From Setoptus koraiensis (lineage: Eukaryota > Animalia > Arthropoda): 64,000 bases of DNA. Numbering within the stretch: position 1 is the stretch's first letter; each line of letters starts with the position of its first letter. Made by a program: the position numbers and the translations under genes. The DNA lies in NCBI GenBank assembly GCA_048013815.1, contig CM106585.1, forward strand, positions 4,650,001-4,714,000, read 5' to 3'. A model generated the notes under the pieces. The model ran no database searches. It worked only from the letters and a program-made list of their open reading frames with translations, and was not told the DNA's origin. This document shows, in pieces, positions 60,991 through 64,000 of this stretch.

Positions 60991-62274
60991 CACACTGGCA
61001 TAATTCATCATTTTCCACATGTTTTTCATGTCTCCCGGTCCTGTTTCAAATAGTTACCACAGAACATGGTGACAATTGGACTATTTTTCGCGGCGAACAG
61101 GCTCGTGTCGGCGATCGCCACACTAAAACGGCTCGCCATTGCTATTCGAGAACCGCGAATTGCGACACGCGCGATATAGCGTACGCTCCAAGCGAATCCA
61201 GGTCACGCTGGTAGGCGATCTGAGATTCAAACCATCGACTTGTCGCAATGATGAGCCAGATACTTTAGAATATTTTTCAGTGGTTGCAGGTGTTTTTTCG
61301 CTATTGTACTGCGATTTCGGTGTCAACTAACGGCGCAGCCACTCAACTCATTTGTCAAATGATTGCTCAACCGCTACTTTTCTGTTTACACACTGTGTAG
61401 CTGGTTGGCTGGAGGGCCGGCAATTGTGACAGTATTGAAATAAACAAAATTGACAGCCGCTGATTGATGGGAGTGCGCTGGCTCTTATTGGCTGTTTTCA
61501 ACAGTTTTTTTCCTCTCTATGCGGCCCCAACACTGCAACACTGTGTGTGTGTGTGTGTTTTCTAGAAGTGCCCCGGAGTGAATATCAGAGCGAATGCCAG
61601 AGTGAATATCGAACTGTGGAAACGATGATGATGGGATCGTTTTGTGCAAGAAACTAGCAAGCGTCGGATTGTTTTCGCTGGCGTCATCGACACTGACGTG
61701 CACAACCGTTGCTGCAGTTCATCAAATATCAATCTCGGCAACGGCATTATACGCCGCTATTACGGGCGAAAAATATCCGAAGTAAGAAAAATTTCTACAC
61801 AAACGCACTCAAGAGTTGTGAGTTGTGGTCTAAAAATAATTTGTGCGACTGTGAAAAATGCTGTGCGCTTGTTTCTGACGTGCGAATGCCCACATGACGC
61901 GCGCCCCCATTTGTCGGTGTCGCTGTTTTGGTTGTTGTAGCGGTTGTTGTTATTTTGGGCTACCTACTAGCGAGTCCACGAGCACTGAGTTGCGTGGTGG
62001 GTGCCGGAAGGGCTCGCCAGCGAGCCACACAAATGTTCGGCTCGAGTGGGGCCAGTGCCCATTATGATGTTGCCTGCATTGTTGTTGCATAATATTCCTG
62101 GAATTGTACACCATCTGGCCGGAGCTAGTTTATCCTTGGCAAGATCTCAGCTTCAATTAATTATATTGTGTGTTTGTGTGTGTTCACTTATGTATTTAAC
62201 CTCTCATGTTATGGTTTCCGAGAGGGGCATTTAGCCGTTTCAGTAATTTGCCAGCGGTACAGTTGTACGGTATT

Positions 62275-62355
62275 GTAATATACTCGCATATATTCGCATA
62301 TACTCGCATATAGTCGCGTATGCTCGCGTATATACGCGTATACACGCGCACATAT
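62275..62355. repeat. 10-bp degenerate minisatellite (TACTCGCATA / TATACGCGTA)
   Basis: About 7-8 imperfect units. Confidence 0.75.
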
Positions 62356-64000
62356 GAGTACGCGCGCTCATTAGTGCTACAGCACCATGATACCAGCAAT
62401 ATATTACACCTTTGCCCAATGTCGAGTCGGCTCTTGGGGCCCCAATGCGCCCCAATTGTGCCTGGCCATGCAACAATGGATGAAGCACAATTTCGCGCAA
62501 TTTTGTATGCGCGCCAAGCATGCAGATACTGCCCATATGGTATTGCTAATAGGAAGCAAATCTTCGCCGTTGTTCCGTTGTTATCGCCAAAATAAGGGCA
62601 ATAAATTATCTAGTAGTAGTAGTTTGTTCATTGAAATTTAATTAAAATAGTCGAGCCAACAGTCATGATGATATTTGATTATTTGTCATACTAGCGACAC
62701 ACAATATACGACACTACGGTTGTGACAGCTCATCACTCTAAGCCGAGGCCAGCTGCGCCGACACAAAAACAAACCAGTAACCGGCAACAGCGGCCCCGAC
62801 TTTAGTTGTGCGATATGAATGAAATATTGTTCGTATCGCGCTGCTGCCACTGCCAGCCTCAACCGATGTGCCCGTCTCAAAAAATCTCTCGGCCCCACTG
62901 ACAATAATGCCATTTTCTAGTCGCTTTTTGGCGCGCACGCGCGCAGGCGCTTTTGTTTGGTTCGCCATGAAGCGAAATGAAATGGAGAAAAAATAGCAAA
63001 AGGGTTAAGTGACAAGTAGTCAGCCGAACAAAATTTTTGGTCATTGTGTATCATCAGTGCGACGCAACTTGGAAAACGAGCCCCCTTTGAGCCAGGCCCG
63101 CGGATAAAACGAGCAGCAGGATAAAATGCCCAAAGAAAGAGCTCGAGAATATCACAATCATTTATTCTTGTCACGCCTACGCGCGAACCCCATCCAAGCT
63201 TGCCATCGAGCGGAAGTTCATTAAAGAATCAAATTGCGTAGGTGTGCGCGAGCGCGCTATTACCGATGGGTGACCAATGCGGGCCCCAGCCAGCAGATAC
63301 CAGCTAAACGGCTGGCGCAATTCTTTGCTATTTTGCGAACGATTCCGCCAGTTAGAGCGAGAGAAACAAGTTGAATGGAAAAAAGAAAGAGCGTTCGCTT
63401 TTGTTGGGACCTGGCGCATTTTTTTCATGCGCTCGCAACGCTTGAACTGTGGACATTCCTTCCTTGGACTATAGCGTTCAGGTGGCGACACTGCGACAAG
63501 TTCTTAGTAATGAAAAAAGCCAGCACGGCAAGTAGCTATTTATGGCGATTGAAAAAAAGCCAAGCGAAACTGAGCGAAACTAAGCGAAACGAAACAAGCC
63601 AACTAACGAACGAACATTACGGAATGCGAGCGTGCCGATATATTTCACAGTTAATATCGCATTTTGCTTGATCACTGATTCGTAAAACGTCTAGACAAGC
63701 CATAACTAGCCCGATGTTTGTGATGTGTGAAGTGTTTGAATGGGCCCCGGGCCGGCGCTTCATTGAATAGATAACATTCATACGAATTGCATCTCAAGGC
63801 CGACGATTTATCACTGATAACCTATCGTTTTTGATGCGAAAACGATGATAACCTGATAAGCGACAACCGGCAAATCGTCATTGTCTGGCCTGTATTAATG
63901 CTGTTAGCCGACGATAATTCACAATTCACAGTTGATAAGTATATTATTGTAGCTAACCAGCCAACTACTATCGTTCGGCAAATCTAACGAACCTTTCCCA

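Noticed and set aside
60673-61018. F/R-rich C-terminal extension of the 431-aa ORF and the antisense K/R-rich 167-aa ORF
   Set aside because: Both are translations of the 19-bp minisatellite downstream of a strong splice donor.

Overview
Eukaryotic (arthropod) nuclear DNA from a compact, intron-poor genome. A small mite such as an eriophyoid is my inference, not something the sequence proves. The window has four compartments. (1) 1-14.5 kb: no recognisable coding sequence, CpG-rich, full of (CAA/TTG)n microsatellites, short minisatellites, CAGGTA/E-box motifs and a cluster of fold-back structures at 11.06-11.62 kb. (2) 14.6-45.4 kb: AT-richer and gene-dense. It encodes a ~1065-aa secreted protein, NELF-E, ZNHIT6/Bcd1, a low-complexity protein, a Na/K-ATPase beta subunit, an eIF4G C-terminal-like protein, a securin-like protein, RpL21, TRAPPC8, a 5-finger C2H2 protein, a gustatory-receptor-like protein, RING1/Sce and the 3' part of INTS8. 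(3) 45.4-59.1 kb: a tract that loses G, then T, then A on the + strand and ends in an N gap; most likely a sequencing or assembly artefact. (4) 59.6-64 kb: one probable low-complexity coding exon plus non-coding DNA. Best lead: a ZNHIT6 ORF lacking its C-terminal domain overlaps, on the same strand and in another frame, the first exon of a NELF-E that has lost its RRM; the ORF track misses this exon. Other leads: an eIF4G-like protein with no MIF4G domain, a securin candidate, and a zinc-finger protein whose five recognition helices are nearly identical. All homology calls come from my recall of motifs; no database search was run.
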